From Candidatus Saccharimonadia bacterium (GTDB taxonomy: Bacteria > Patescibacteriota > Saccharimonadia > UBA4664): 64,000 bases of DNA. The translations under genes and the position numbers were made by a program. The stretch covers positions 13,531 to 77,530 of the forward strand of contig JBGTMQ010000015.1 in assembly GCA_041743505.1 (NCBI GenBank). Reading direction: 5' to 3'. Under the pieces are notes generated by a model. It was not told the DNA's origin and searched no databases. It saw nothing but the letters and a program-made list of their open reading frames with translations. Shown here piece after piece: positions 40,867 to 49,432 of the stretch (the stretch's first letter is position 1; each line of letters opens with the position of its first letter).

Positions 40867-41795
40867 CTAGTTTCGAGTGGTATCAGATAGCAAATCTTGC
40901 TTAACGATCTCCTTGCGCAGCCACGTGCGGTCGGCCTTTGCCACATCACCCTCAAACTCCACGCCCAGCAAATTAGCTACCCAGGATTGAACGGTTGGGT
41001 CATTGCATACAAAGTAGCTGCTACCTTCGTTGACACTCACCAAATTCATGAACCACTCAGGCTTCACCGCCGCTAGCTCCTGCTCAATAGTAGCCTGATG
41101 CTGGCGCACGACTTCGGCTGCATCCCATACCGCGAGCGGCCGACACTGAGCGGACGCGGAAAAGTTTTGAAAGCCAGAAGCTTGGAGTCGTTACGAATAG
41201 ACATTTCGGCATCTGCCAAAATCGCTTCCTGGCACTCGGTGAAATATTGCTCAGTCCATCCATCGGGAATCTTGGCATGTGCGACCAGTGCCTCATAAGC
41301 AACCTTATCGCGCTCTGTTGTTACTCGCGCCTTAAAGTTAAGCGTGTTATCCAAAATGCCCGACACCAACAACTTTGCGCTCGTCTCGCTCATCTTATCT
41401 GCAACCCCCGCTGCCACCCAACGCTCGTAAACCAACGTACAGGCAGCCCCGATAAACTCGATATGAGCTCGCTCGCCAATCCGCTCCTGCCAATAGTCCT
41501 CAAAGCCGAGATGATGGTCGATAACCTCATCAACCTTTTCAAGATCCACGGCTTTATCAAAATGCTCGGGATCAGATACATCGATGAGCGTAAATGTATC
41601 TTTGCCGTTAGGCTCGTAATCGGTTTTTAACGGGGCCTGCCACGACCGCACCGTTTTACTAATACTTTCGTTCCACACGGCCGTACTAAGCGCCTGGGAC
41701 TGCATGCCTTGGGTCCGCAGCAGTTCAGCATAGGCGACTACTCCCGCATAAGCGTCGATATCAACATATCTGGAGCCGGATGTAATTATCTTCAT
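40867..41795 (-). pseudogene. DHH/DHHA2 (Mn-dependent pyrophosphatase-like) gene with a 1-nt frameshift near 41138
   Basis: DID, LIDVS, IDHH, GAACT, DNT in one frame; C-terminus ...WLRKEI in another; one added base rejoins them (VG[Q]LAVWD). Confidence 0.8.
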
Positions 41796-41897
41796 AAGAA
41801 TCAATTATACAAAATTGGGACCGGAACAGCACTTAGCTACTCCGGTCCCATAAATCACTAAACATTGCTTAGAAAGCGGGGTAGCGACGAAGGGATT

Positions 41898-42422
41898 CTA
41901 TAACTCTTGAAGCGCCAACCTGGCCTCAATCATGAATGCCAAGTCACGACGTCTCATAAATTTAGCGCCGTAGCTTTCGGCGGTGTCCGCCTCCATAGCC
42001 CCAATTGCAGCGTCGATATTATCAAACCAGACGACCTGAAAGCCATCGTTGAGTTCCTCTTCGGTAAACGCAGGCTCATGCTGCTCGCCCATTTTAAGCG
42101 CGAGGTAGCAATAGGATGTTTGGATTTGCTCCCATTGGTCACGATACTCGGTAATCTCTCCGACTTCGCCAAGTATTTTGACTTTACAGCCTATTTCTTC
42201 GAGTAGCTCTCGGGTTAAGGCCTGAGTTTTGTCTTCACCGGGTTCTAGCCCGCCACCCGGAAGCTTGTGATAACCCTTTTTCGTAACGGCGAGCATCGCT
42301 ATTGCCCCTGTATCATCCACTACAATGGCGCGTGCGGCCTCGCGATGGCTGAAGCCCGCCCGGTTTACCTCGGGTGCGCCCGGTACAATGTCCTGTTCGT
42401 GGATAGCTGGCAACTTCTTCAC
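41898..42422 (-). CDS. NUDIX hydrolase
   Basis: REAARAI, LPGGG..LTRELLEEIG; probable leaderless GTG. Confidence 0.88.
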   Translation of the reverse strand: MKKLPAIHEQDIVPGAPEVNRAGFSHREAARAIVVDDTGAIAMLAVTKKGYHKLPGGGLEPGEDKTQALTRELLEEIGCKVKILGEVGEITEYRDQWEQIQTSYCYLALKMGEQHEPAFTEEELNDGFQVVWFDNIDAAIGAMEADTAESYGAKFMRRRDLAFMIEARLALQEL

Positions 42423-42481
42423 TGGGTGAGTATACCAAAAAAGAGGCCTGTTAAGGCTCGGTTTGATCAAATAATTCCCGG

Positions 42482-42991
42482 CTAATCGGCGTAGAACATT
42501 TCATGCCAGAAAGCTGCACTCGGCACGTACTTATTTGGCTGCTTCTCGTAGTCTCTAATCAATTCGTCCTTATCAACCCAAGCGAGTGCGTGGACCTCGC
42601 CGTCTTCGAGCGTAAACTCGTCTGCGTCCATGTCACACTGGGCTTTAAAATACTGATATATCGGACCGATTCGTCCGTCCTCCGTAACGTAAAGTCGCTT
42701 GCCAACTGGCTCTGGTGTAAAACCTTTGAAGCCAATCTCTTCGGCGGCCTCTCTCACGATTGCGTTTTCGTAGGTCTCTCCGGCTCTGACTCCGCCGGAA
42801 ACCGCTGATCCCCAAGCGCCCGGGTTAACCGGTTTAGACAATGAACGCTGTTGAGTTAGCACTTGTCCTCGCTGGTTTTCGACCCATAGTATAGCAGCCC
42901 TTGTAATGTCCTCTCTCGTCAGCTCGTCTCGAGGTTTAACCACGAGCACATTATCTTGCTCGTCTACAACATCCACCATTTCTTTATTCAT
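42482..42991 (-). CDS. NUDIX hydrolase (IDI/YfcD-like)
   Basis: VDVVDEQD, QQRS..K..PG.W, REAAEEIG. Confidence 0.88.
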   Translation of the reverse strand: MNKEMVDVVDEQDNVLVVKPRDELTREDITRAAILWVENQRGQVLTQQRSLSKPVNPGAWGSAVSGGVRAGETYENAIVREAAEEIGFKGFTPEPVGKRLYVTEDGRIGPIYQYFKAQCDMDADEFTLEDGEVHALAWVDKDELIRDYEKQPNKYVPSAAFWHEMFYAD

Positions 42992-42997
42992 ATGCTT

Positions 42998-43516
42998 CTA
43001 TGCTTCAGTTAGGGTACATTGGGTACGGTTAAAACAACATGGCCTTCGCTTGCCGGCCTTGAGCATGTCGCATGCATTTGCTATCCGTCGCTTACGCGTT
43101 TCTAGTTGCTTGGTGGAACCTATCCAGCGGATCCAGTCCCAGCGGGCCATTGGCGTGATATCCATCCACAGAGTGTGTGCCCCTGGGTCGGCCGCGAGAG
43201 CGTCCTTCAAATCCGCTGGCGCCTTGGGCTCCGGCCATTCGCGAGAAGGCTCAATCGCCAACGTTACCGTGTCGCCTGCGTCTACCCCGGCGGCTTCGCG
43301 CATGGTTTCATTGACCCTAAACCAGTGGCTTCCCTTGCCGTCCGGTTCCAGCACAGCACGAAATTGGAAACCATTGATGGTCCCCTCGGCCATTGTCATG
43401 CCCCGCGATGGAAGTTGCGCACTTGCACTCTTGGGTAACGTGAGAAGAATCCCCGAGCCGATTTTCTCGGTCGCATCAGCCCTAAATAATGTAGCTTTAA
43501 AACGGATTATTGACAT
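42998..43516 (-). CDS. DUF1905 + YdeI/OmpD-associated family protein
   Basis: LPSRG..EGTING, PADL..AL, WI..K..ETRKRR. Confidence 0.88.
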   Translation of the reverse strand: MSIIRFKATLFRADATEKIGSGILLTLPKSASAQLPSRGMTMAEGTINGFQFRAVLEPDGKGSHWFRVNETMREAAGVDAGDTVTLAIEPSREWPEPKAPADLKDALAADPGAHTLWMDITPMARWDWIRWIGSTKQLETRKRRIANACDMLKAGKRRPCCFNRTQCTLTEA

Positions 43517-43622
43517 ACTTTCCTTTGAATTTATCTTGGAAATTAGGTTAATTATATAATAGCTGTCTCCCCATCCATGATGAGGCCATTCCACTCGCCA
43601 GCTTTTGAGGTAAGCTAAAAAT

Positions 43623-44219
43623 ATGCCAAAGCAAACAGCTTCAAAAATCTATGCCTGGTTCTTAGTCATCGGCGGCACCATTGGACTGGCCGCTTCATTC
43701 GTTATCACTCTCGAAAAACTCAACTTGCTCATAAACCCAAGCTACGTCCCATCGTGCAGCATCAACCCCATCCTCAGTTGCGGGTCTGTTATGAAAACGG
43801 CCCAGGCTTCAGTCTTCGGTTTTCCCAATTCCTGGCTTGGTCTTATAGGGTTTGCTGCTGTGATCGTCGTGGGCGTCAGCCTACTGGCGGGAGCAAATTT
43901 CAAAGCCTGGTATTGGCGGCTCTTCAACATCGGCACCCTCTTTGGGGTCGTTTTTATTCACTGGCTAGCGTTCCAGTCTATCTTTGTCATCCATGCCCTT
44001 TGCCCTTGGTGCATGGTGGTTTGGTCGGTCACGATTCCCATATTCTGGTATACGACACTGCGCAATTTCCAGGCAGGTGTCTGGCCGGCCCCCAGACCGC
44101 TCGCCCGCGCCCTAAACTTCCTGCAAGACTACAAGAACCTTGTTCTGGTTTTGTGGTATTTGGCCATTCTCGGCATCATAATCCACCAATTCTGGTATTA
44201 CTGGCGCACGCTGCTCTAG
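43623..44219 (+). CDS. Vitamin K epoxide reductase (VKOR) family protein
   Basis: CSINP..SC..V, FGFPN, CPWC. Confidence 0.93.
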   Translation: MPKQTASKIYAWFLVIGGTIGLAASFVITLEKLNLLINPSYVPSCSINPILSCGSVMKTAQASVFGFPNSWLGLIGFAAVIVVGVSLLAGANFKAWYWRLFNIGTLFGVVFIHWLAFQSIFVIHALCPWCMVVWSVTIPIFWYTTLRNFQAGVWPAPRPLARALNFLQDYKNLVLVLWYLAILGIIIHQFWYYWRTLL

Positions 44220-44234
44220 GCAGAGCGTTTACGG

Positions 44235-44350
44235 CGCAGGCCGACGAAGAGTATTATCTGACCGTATCCTATCTAATGGAAATTGCCGCACGCGGCAGCG
44301 AGCTAATTAAGGTCGCCGAACCAAACGAAAAGCGAGAGTTGATCGGTTTG
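44235..44350 (+). pseudogene. C-terminal relic of a large serine recombinase beside the tRNA 3' end
   Basis: Startless frame ADEEYYLTVSYLMEIAARGSELIKVAEPNEKRELI. Confidence 0.55.
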
Positions 44351-44384
44351 CGATGCTCTCGCTTCGTGTCTTGATGATAATTCC

Positions 44385-44459
44385 TGGCTCCGGAGGTCGG
44401 GCTCGAACCGACGACCAATTCGTTAACAGCGAACTGCTCTACCACTGAGCTACTCCGGA
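44385..44459 (-). tRNA. tRNA-Asn (GTT)
   Basis: Cloverleaf TCCGGAG..AGCTCAGTGGTAGAGC..GTT..GGTTCGAGCCC..CCA. Confidence 0.97.
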
Positions 44460-44569
44460 TCATTTTTGTACCAGGCGATTATAGCCAGAGATGGCCGCCC
44501 GGTCAATGGATAATGGAGCTCAAACGGCCCAAACTGGTCAAAAAGGCAGGCTTATGATATAGTCGTAGC

Positions 44570-44635
44570 ATGTTACGCCGAAATAACGTGTTTTATGCCT
44601 GGTTCTTTACGACCCTCTCACGGAGGCAGGCTTAA
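44570..44635 (+). CDS. Aromatic-rich attenuator leader peptide MLRRNNVFYAWFFTTLSRRQA
   Basis: TATAGT 6 nt before ATG; F-Y-A-W-F-F run. Confidence 0.75.
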   Translation: MLRRNNVFYAWFFTTLSRRQA

Positions 44636-44688
44636 CACGTTCGACCAACAAGTCCCTAGCAGAAGCCTCCTCTAAAGGAGGCATTTTT
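44596..44688 (+). promoter_or_regulatory. Transcription attenuator (1:2, 2:3, 3:4 pairings)
   Basis: Terminator GCCTCCT/AGGAGGC + T-tract (44665-44688); antiterminator GGAGGC (44622-27); protector TGCCT (44596-600). Confidence 0.75.
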
Positions 44689-44706
44689 CGTTTCTGGAGG
44701 CCAATA

Positions 44707-45189
44707 GTGAGTACTCTTGATGATCTGAAGGCCAGAATCAACCATAACGGCCGGGCTACAACTGCACCGACAACCCAGGCGCCGCCCATGAAGTACTGCC
44801 GCCCACTGTCCGGACGCAGCGATGTCTGGCTCATGCCCTGTCACGAGCAGCCGGCCTGCTCCCCCGACGAGGTCAGCCGGGCTATCACAACCAAGCGCGG
44901 CGCCTCGGTGCTCGTGGTCTGTGCAGCCGGCAGTCATTGGGCCGCAGGACTTAACCGGGCGGCCAAGGATTCCCCGGGCCTTGCGCTGCACACCGTTCAC
45001 GCCGCCGGTCAGCCGGCAAACGACGGCGCCATCACCGTCACCGAGGACCAGATTCGCCGAGCCACCCAGGTCAGCCAGACCTCCGGTATCTCGCCAGGAC
45101 GCACCAATGCAATGCTCGTTGCGGCCCTCCTGGGACCTCTGGAGACCCTCACCTGGCAGCGCACGTCCATCGTGCTCATCCTCGGGTAA
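44707..45189 (+). CDS. Miniature/degenerate PALP (Trp synthase beta / Thr dehydratase fold)-like protein
   Basis: VVCAAGSHWAAGLNRAA and DGAITVTEDQI...GI...AAL...IVLILG; GGAGG SD. Confidence 0.5.
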   Translation: MSTLDDLKARINHNGRATTAPTTQAPPMKYCRPLSGRSDVWLMPCHEQPACSPDEVSRAITTKRGASVLVVCAAGSHWAAGLNRAAKDSPGLALHTVHAAGQPANDGAITVTEDQIRRATQVSQTSGISPGRTNAMLVAALLGPLETLTWQRTSIVLILG

Positions 45190-45258
45190 GGATCACGCCT
45201 TGGCAGCATAAATCACACCGGCCGGCTAATAGGAGACGCCTCTTGTTAGCCGGCCGTT

Positions 45259-45462
45259 TTACGTTTCGGGCGTTTCGGGAGCCTTTTTCTTACCAAACCG
45301 GTCTTTAATAGGCTGGATCAGCCGCTTTGCCCAATGGTACTCCCGGCCCAGTACTGCCAGTCCGGCTAAGATCAGTAATATTCCGGGGCCCGGCAACACC
45401 AATAGCAAAATGCCGGCAATAATCAGCAAGAAACCCAGAATAGTGGTCAGAATCTTCTTCAT
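45259..45462 (-). CDS. PGPGW-domain small membrane protein
   Basis: LVLPGPG..GL..L..E..WA. Confidence 0.85.
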   Translation of the reverse strand: MKKILTTILGFLLIIAGILLLVLPGPGILLILAGLAVLGREYHWAKRLIQPIKDRFGKKKAPETPET

Positions 45463-45505
45463 GTAGTAACTTTACACCCTTTGCTATACCGGCTACGATT
45501 CAGAT

Positions 45506-46033
45506 ATGCTAAAGAAACTTCTCATTGCCGCCACCTTACTGCTGACGGCCAGCGGCTTTGTCTTGGCTCATCGTAGCAACCAGGAGGCGGGGAAGCAAGC
45601 AAAAGCTATTTTGGCTGCCGATGTGTCCTCTCAGAACGTTACGCCCCTACTGAATACCTTGCAGGGCTTTGTCGCCGCCCATATGGGCTCCGGCGCCACT
45701 ATCACACTCACGGGCTCGCACGACCGGGCGATGGCGGCGGCAAAGGCTGCCGCTCAGGCCCAAAGCGCCAATTCACAGATTTACGCTCAGGCACAAGCCG
45801 CCTGCGGCGGCAAAAACGATTCTGTCTCAGCCGCCAAGTGCAACCAGGACTTCCTAGCCAAGCACTTGGTCAATGTACCGGTACCCGCTCCGGTGGTTGA
45901 GCCCAAGCTAGCCGATTATCAGCACCAATTCCGGGCGCCCCCATGGACCCCCGACCTGGCTGGAGCATTGTTCTTGGGAGCGGCCGGAGCGCTGGCTATC
46001 TTATTGTTGAGCTTGATTAAGCGGAGGTCATGA
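45506..46033 (+). CDS. Hypothetical membrane/exported protein
   Basis: N- and C-terminal TM, HM motif, Cys pair, WTPDLAG. Confidence 0.75.
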   Translation: MLKKLLIAATLLLTASGFVLAHRSNQEAGKQAKAILAADVSSQNVTPLLNTLQGFVAAHMGSGATITLTGSHDRAMAAAKAAAQAQSANSQIYAQAQAACGGKNDSVSAAKCNQDFLAKHLVNVPVPAPVVEPKLADYQHQFRAPPWTPDLAGALFLGAAGALAILLLSLIKRRS

Positions 46034-46638
46034 TGGAAGCGGCAGCCGGCATTTGGCGGGGATTTGTAAAGGAACTGATTCCCACGCCCCTACAATCCCT
46101 AGCCTCTGTATTTGTGGCCGCCTGCATGCTTACCGCCATGCAAAGCCAACAAATCTTGTCTGGCCTCGGCATCAGCCAGTCGGCAGTCGATTCTACCAAA
46201 GGCGAGCTTGCCAGCCGGTTTGATGTAGTTTTGCAATCAAACATCACGTCAAATATAGCCTTGGTGACATTTTGGGCCGCCGTTGGACTCGTAGCCTATC
46301 TAGTGTGCTGGGGCCTCTACAATGCACTCATTGCTGCCCGTAACGAGGTCACCATCGAGACGCAGTATACTAACCGGGGCCACTGGCGCGGTGTCTGGGA
46401 AACGCTGGCGCTCAAATCTACCGCTGCTCTGGGCCTTATCTTTTGTATCGCCATGTTTAAATATGGTTTTTCCCTGTGGGTAGCCTTAACATTGCCTCTA
46501 TTGGCCGAACCGGGCATCAAGGGCTTCATCTTCGCTATCGGCGCCGTATTAGGCTTGGCGGTGCAACTATATGTGCTGCTACTTTTTGTCCAACTGACCA
46601 TTTCTCCCTGGTATAAACCAAGGGCATTTACAGAGTAA
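46030..46638 (+). CDS. Multi-TM hypothetical protein
   Basis: ATGA overlap with the previous gene, about 4 TM. Confidence 0.75.
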   Translation: MMEAAAGIWRGFVKELIPTPLQSLASVFVAACMLTAMQSQQILSGLGISQSAVDSTKGELASRFDVVLQSNITSNIALVTFWAAVGLVAYLVCWGLYNALIAARNEVTIETQYTNRGHWRGVWETLALKSTAALGLIFCIAMFKYGFSLWVALTLPLLAEPGIKGFIFAIGAVLGLAVQLYVLLLFVQLTISPWYKPRAFTE

Positions 46639-46741
46639 CGAATTTATGCTACACTTACGCCCGTAAGTATTAATCGTCCCGAAGACGTAAAAAATCGCTT
46701 CAAGCCACAAGCTTGGCGATTGATAAGCGGAGCCCAGTTAA

Positions 46742-47002
46742 GTGGCCAAGAAACTATTCGTCGGCAACCTGCCGTATACAACAACTAATGAAACCCTCGG
46801 TGAATTCTTCGCCCAGTATGGCGAAGTTGAGAGCGCCGCAGTCATTATGGACCGCGGCACCGGTCGTTCGAAAGGTTTCGGCTTTGTCGAAATGATCAAC
46901 GACGCCGAGGCTGACACGGCAATTGCCCAGGGCGATGGCGCTGAGCTCGAAGGCCGCAAGCTGACCGTAAGTGAAGCTCGTCCTAAGGTTGACGCCCGTT
47001 AG
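46742..47002 (+). CDS. RRM RNA-binding protein
   Basis: RNP2 LFVGNL, RNP1 KGFGFVEM. Confidence 0.95.
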   Translation: MAKKLFVGNLPYTTTNETLGEFFAQYGEVESAAVIMDRGTGRSKGFGFVEMINDAEADTAIAQGDGAELEGRKLTVSEARPKVDAR

Positions 47003-47026
47003 TTAATACCAGCCTCTAAGGCTAGC

Positions 47027-47054
47027 AAAAAAGACCCGTCAAAGGGTCTTTTTT
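47027..47054. terminator. Bidirectional rho-independent terminator
   Basis: AAAAAAGACCC...GGGTCTTTTTT. Confidence 0.85.
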
Positions 47055-47210
47055 GTTTTTGCACCGCCCAACCCCGCTCACCTTGTACCCATCAGCCCGC
47101 CAAAGGCACTGTACCGAGGGCAGTCGACAAAAGCTAAGGGTTATATTAGGGCTTTGCCAAGTAATAATATCATTATCATAATCCACGGACTGCCCTCAGT
47201 TCAGTACCCC
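47030..47210 (-). ncRNA. Candidate structured non-coding RNA
   Basis: Minus-strand promoter TTGGAG-17-TATGCT, 23-bp stem with G-U pairs, ends at the terminator. Confidence 0.4.
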
Positions 47211-47287
47211 GTAGCATAAAGCGCCACATATTCTGCTCCAAGAGTTCAGGACCAGCCGGCGCGGACATACCGGCCTCACCCGCAATC

Positions 47288-47316
47288 AAAAAGAGACCCG
47301 CGACGGGTCTCTTTTT
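47288..47316. terminator. Bidirectional terminator
   Basis: AAAAAGAGACCCG-CGA-CGGGTCTCTTTTT. Confidence 0.85.
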
Positions 47317-47332
47317 CGGAAGCCTCAGCCTA

Positions 47333-47872
47333 TTACTTGCTGCCTTGAGTCTTGTAGTCCTTAATAGCTTTAGTTACCTTGCCGTCGTCCTTCAGGTTCT
47401 CCCAGAACAGGACCTGTGAGCGCGACACGTACATCACGTCTTCCGGACCGTGCAGCTCACCACCGAGCTTGGCCAGCGATACTTGCTGGTTGCTTTGCTG
47501 GGCAGCCTTGGGGTCAGCACCCGGCTGAACTGGCTGCTGCACCTGGAGATAGTAGATGTCCATCAACTTAACGTAGCTGTTGTCTACCTTTGAAATCTTG
47601 CCGAAGTAGACTTGGCCGTTAGTCAGGAACAAAGCTTGGTATTGCTTTGATTTAATAGGGGCATCAGCCGCAACAGGTGCCAGCGCCCGGCCAGCAAAGT
47701 AGATTGTGACGGTCAGTGCGGCCAAAATAAGAACGACCGCAAGAATTTTACCAAGCCAACCGCCTGGGGTGGTGGCTACGGCTGTACCAGCCCCGGCTCC
47801 ACTGTCACTCGGCTGGGGTGCAGCTGGCCTGGTTGGCATTCGATCACGTACGTCCATATTACTAAACTCCAT
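47333..47872 (-). CDS. Single-TM hypothetical protein of a CPR-type family
   Basis: YQALFLTNGQVYFGK, YYLQ, KLGGELHGPED, FWENLK. Confidence 0.8.
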   Translation of the reverse strand: MEFSNMDVRDRMPTRPAAPQPSDSGAGAGTAVATTPGGWLGKILAVVLILAALTVTIYFAGRALAPVAADAPIKSKQYQALFLTNGQVYFGKISKVDNSYVKLMDIYYLQVQQPVQPGADPKAAQQSNQQVSLAKLGGELHGPEDVMYVSRSQVLFWENLKDDGKVTKAIKDYKTQGSK

Positions 47873-47999
47873 CTACTATTCTTAACTAATTTAGCATTAG
47901 GGCTATGGTACAGGAGTGGCGTTACCGTGGCAAGTATGGCCAGGCTCTAGCGGTCAGGGCTCGCGGGCGGTATAATCATAACTATTATAGAGGTGTGAC

Positions 48000-48839
48000 A
48001 TGACAGCTGGCCGGTTGGCCTTGTTCAGGCGCTCATTAGCCATTGCCGCAGTCGCGGTGGTTAGCTTGGTCATGCTCGCCCCGGCAGCTCTGGCCAGCTT
48101 ATCGCAGGGCTACGCCTCCACCGCGCCGATAGCGGCTGGCACCATGGTCTCCCTGGACGATAAATCCCCCGGCAGCGTCAATGTGGCCGATCTCACCAAC
48201 TCCGAGCGGTTATTCGGTGTCGCCGTCACGCCGTCCTCGGCCTCAGTCTCCTTAGGCGGCACCGGTTCAAGCGGACAAGTCCAGGTAGTCACAACCGGCA
48301 GCGCCACCACCTTTGTATCCACCGCCGGTGGCGACATCCGCGTCGGCGACCCGATCGCCATCTCGCCCATCGCCGGGGTGGGGCAAAAAGCCGACGGCAA
48401 GGTGCGTGTCATCGGTACTTCCCAGGCAGACTTCACGTCCGCCAGCACCGGCACCACCAAACGCACCATCGATGACGGCACCGGCAAGAAAGAAGTCACC
48501 ATCGGTCAAATACCGGTCGTAGTTGCGGTATCGACCTACAACAGCAACACCGGCACCCAGGATTACTCCATTCCGACCTGGATGCAGAACCTGTCCAATA
48601 GCATCGCCGGCAAGACCGTATCACCGGTCCGGGTTATCATTGCCGGGCTTATTCTATTGGTGTCGCTTGTCAGCGTAACGGTCCTGCTCTACTCAGCAGT
48701 GCGCAACAGCATTATTTCAATTGGCCGCAACCCGCTTTCCCGCGGATCAGTCTTACGTAGCCTGTTCCAGGTTATCCTGGTGGCAGCAGTGATTCTAGCT
48801 ATCGCGGTTGGCGCAATGTATTTGGTAATTTCGAGGTGA
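48000..48839 (+). CDS. Exported beta-domain protein with a C-terminal ATP synthase subunit-c-like hairpin lacking the carboxylate
   Basis: Signal peptide (ALA), Gly/Ser/Thr-rich domain, two TM joined by SIGRNP; first gene of the atp operon; TATAAT at 47971, GAGGTG SD. Confidence 0.7.
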   Translation: MTAGRLALFRRSLAIAAVAVVSLVMLAPAALASLSQGYASTAPIAAGTMVSLDDKSPGSVNVADLTNSERLFGVAVTPSSASVSLGGTGSSGQVQVVTTGSATTFVSTAGGDIRVGDPIAISPIAGVGQKADGKVRVIGTSQADFTSASTGTTKRTIDDGTGKKEVTIGQIPVVVAVSTYNSNTGTQDYSIPTWMQNLSNSIAGKTVSPVRVIIAGLILLVSLVSVTVLLYSAVRNSIISIGRNPLSRGSVLRSLFQVILVAAVILAIAVGAMYLVISR

Positions 48840-49432
48840 CTATGGAGTTAATAATATTAGCCGGGATTACGCTGATACTGGCAACCGTAACGGTTGTCCA
48901 GAGCTATCAGCTGCGCACGTTCAAAGCGCGCGAGAAAGAGCTGGCCGAGAAGCCCAAACCAGTCAAAGTCAGCGAGCCAACCGCCGCTGAGCTGGAAGCC
49001 AAGCTCAAAACAGCCTACGAGGCTCAAATCGCCGCCTCGGTCCAAGTATTTGGCGAGGACTTAAAAGCCACCTCGGCCCGGCTGGGCGAGCAGGTCTCCC
49101 GCCTGACCACCACCGTCATCGAGGAGGAACTCGACCAGTACCAAAAGACCCTGGAACAGATGCGTCACGCCGCCGGCGAGGCCATGGAAAAGATCCGGGC
49201 GGCCGTCGAACAGCAGCGGGTCGAGCTAAAAGCCGGCATGGAGGCCGATCTGGCAGCCGAGCGCCAACGGCAGGCCGACAAGTTCGACGCCAAGCTCGGC
49301 GACGTTGTCTCCAGCTACATCGCCGAATCACTAGGTGGCGGCGTGGACCTAGGCTCGCAGATGCAATACATCTTGCAATCACTCGAAACACACAAGGAAG
49401 ACATTAAAAAGGATCTGCTCGGTGGCGTTTAA
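48836..49432 (+). CDS. ATP synthase subunit b-like stator protein
   Basis: N-terminal TM + long charged coiled coil; position before delta. Confidence 0.6.
   Translation: MTMELIILAGITLILATVTVVQSYQLRTFKAREKELAEKPKPVKVSEPTAAELEAKLKTAYEAQIAASVQVFGEDLKATSARLGEQVSRLTTTVIEEELDQYQKTLEQMRHAAGEAMEKIRAAVEQQRVELKAGMEADLAAERQRQADKFDAKLGDVVSSYIAESLGGGVDLGSQMQYILQSLETHKEDIKKDLLGGV

Noticed and set aside
41816-41850. Possible att duplicate of tRNA-Asn (shares AGCTACTCCGG)
   Set aside because: The match is short, corresponds to the tRNA 5' end, and is explained as one arm of a terminator-like hairpin
47140-47180. Minus-strand micro-ORF MIMILLLGKALI
   Set aside because: Only 12 codons with no clear SD; lies inside the hairpin region better explained as structured RNA
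47240-47280. SRP (4.5S) RNA
   Set aside because: TCAGGACC is present but the GNRA-loop/AGCAG domain IV motif is not
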